64,000 bases of DNA, taken from contig NC_069000.1 in assembly GCF_001194135.2 (NCBI RefSeq), forward strand, positions 34,684,442 to 34,748,441, given 5' to 3'. Numbering within the stretch: the first letter of the stretch is position 1; every line of letters starts with the position of its first letter. The stretch comes from Octopus bimaculoides (lineage: Eukaryota). Shown here piece after piece: positions 63,517 through 64,000 of this stretch. Under the pieces are notes generated by a model, which was not told the DNA's origin, did not search any database, and worked only from the letters and a program-made list of their open reading frames with translations. The position numbers were made by a program, and so were the translations under genes.

Positions 63517-63855
63517 CGTTGAAATTTACAGAAAACAAAAGACGAAGACAGGTGTATAAACAACAAGCAGGTGTATTAATTTGATGCTCGGGAAGGTGAG
63601 AAAGTCTATTACATTTCCAGAAAACAAAAGACAAAGACAGGTGGTGTAAACAACAAATGGATGTATTAGTTTAACGCTCGGGAATAGAGAAAGTCTTTGA
63701 CATTTCGAGCCTACACTCTTCAACTGAAANNNNNNNNNNCTCGGGAATAGAGAAAGTCTTTGACATTTCGAGCCTACACTCTTCAACTGAAAGGAACACA
63801 GAAAGAAACAAGGAGAAAAAAATATAAATGTAGTGGTCAGCGATCTATCCTGGCG
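63517..63855 (-). mobile_element. Short element with a degenerate hammerhead-like motif and a partial tandem duplication, ending in (TA)n; Penelope pLTR-like
   Basis: Minus strand TTGAAGAG-TGTAGG-CTCGAAATGTC; 63517-63617 is a diverged partial repeat of 63618-63706; (TA)n at 63504-63516. Confidence 0.5.
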
Positions 63856-63864
63856 AATATATAT

Positions 63865-64000
63865 CATCATCATCATCGTTTAACGTCCGCTTTCCATGCT
63901 AGCATGGGTTGGACGATTTGACTGAGGACTGGTGAAACTGGATGGCAACACCAGGCTCCAAACTAAATTTGGCAGAGTTTCTACAGCTGGATGCCCTTCC
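63865..64000 (-). mobile_element. SINE family C, 3' part (continues beyond the window)
   Basis: Family match with (CAT)n tail. Confidence 0.88.

Noticed and set aside
63677-63792. Biological tandem duplication of 53 bp
   Set aside because: The two copies are identical and flank a 10-N placeholder gap; most likely an unmerged contig overlap.

Overview
This is eukaryotic, AT-rich, repeat-saturated DNA with about 26 N-gaps totalling roughly 7.5 kb. The repeat families and microsatellite texture look like an Octopus (coleoid cephalopod) draft scaffold; that is inferred from remembered repeat types, not from a search. There is no intact protein-coding gene, rRNA, tRNA gene or CRISPR array, and the long ORFs in the track are gap or microsatellite artefacts. 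The window holds several SINE-like families, which I label A-D, F and G for convenience, plus TTAA-flanked (piggyBac-type) and hAT-type MITEs, a Helentron-type non-autonomous element, Tc1/mariner relics, RTE, Dong/R4 and L1/Tx1-like LINE tails, and micro/minisatellites. A few weak exon candidates suggest it may be intronic. Most interesting: (1) Several unrelated short elements carry type-I hammerhead-ribozyme-like folds. The best is a 259-bp insertion with an 11-bp TSD, a 56-bp inverted duplication and a G3-C8 swapped core. (2) SINE-B trimer and dimer arrays inserted as single TSD-flanked units with an identical internal junction, and a LINE tail in the same window shares their 3' end. All functional statements are untested inference.
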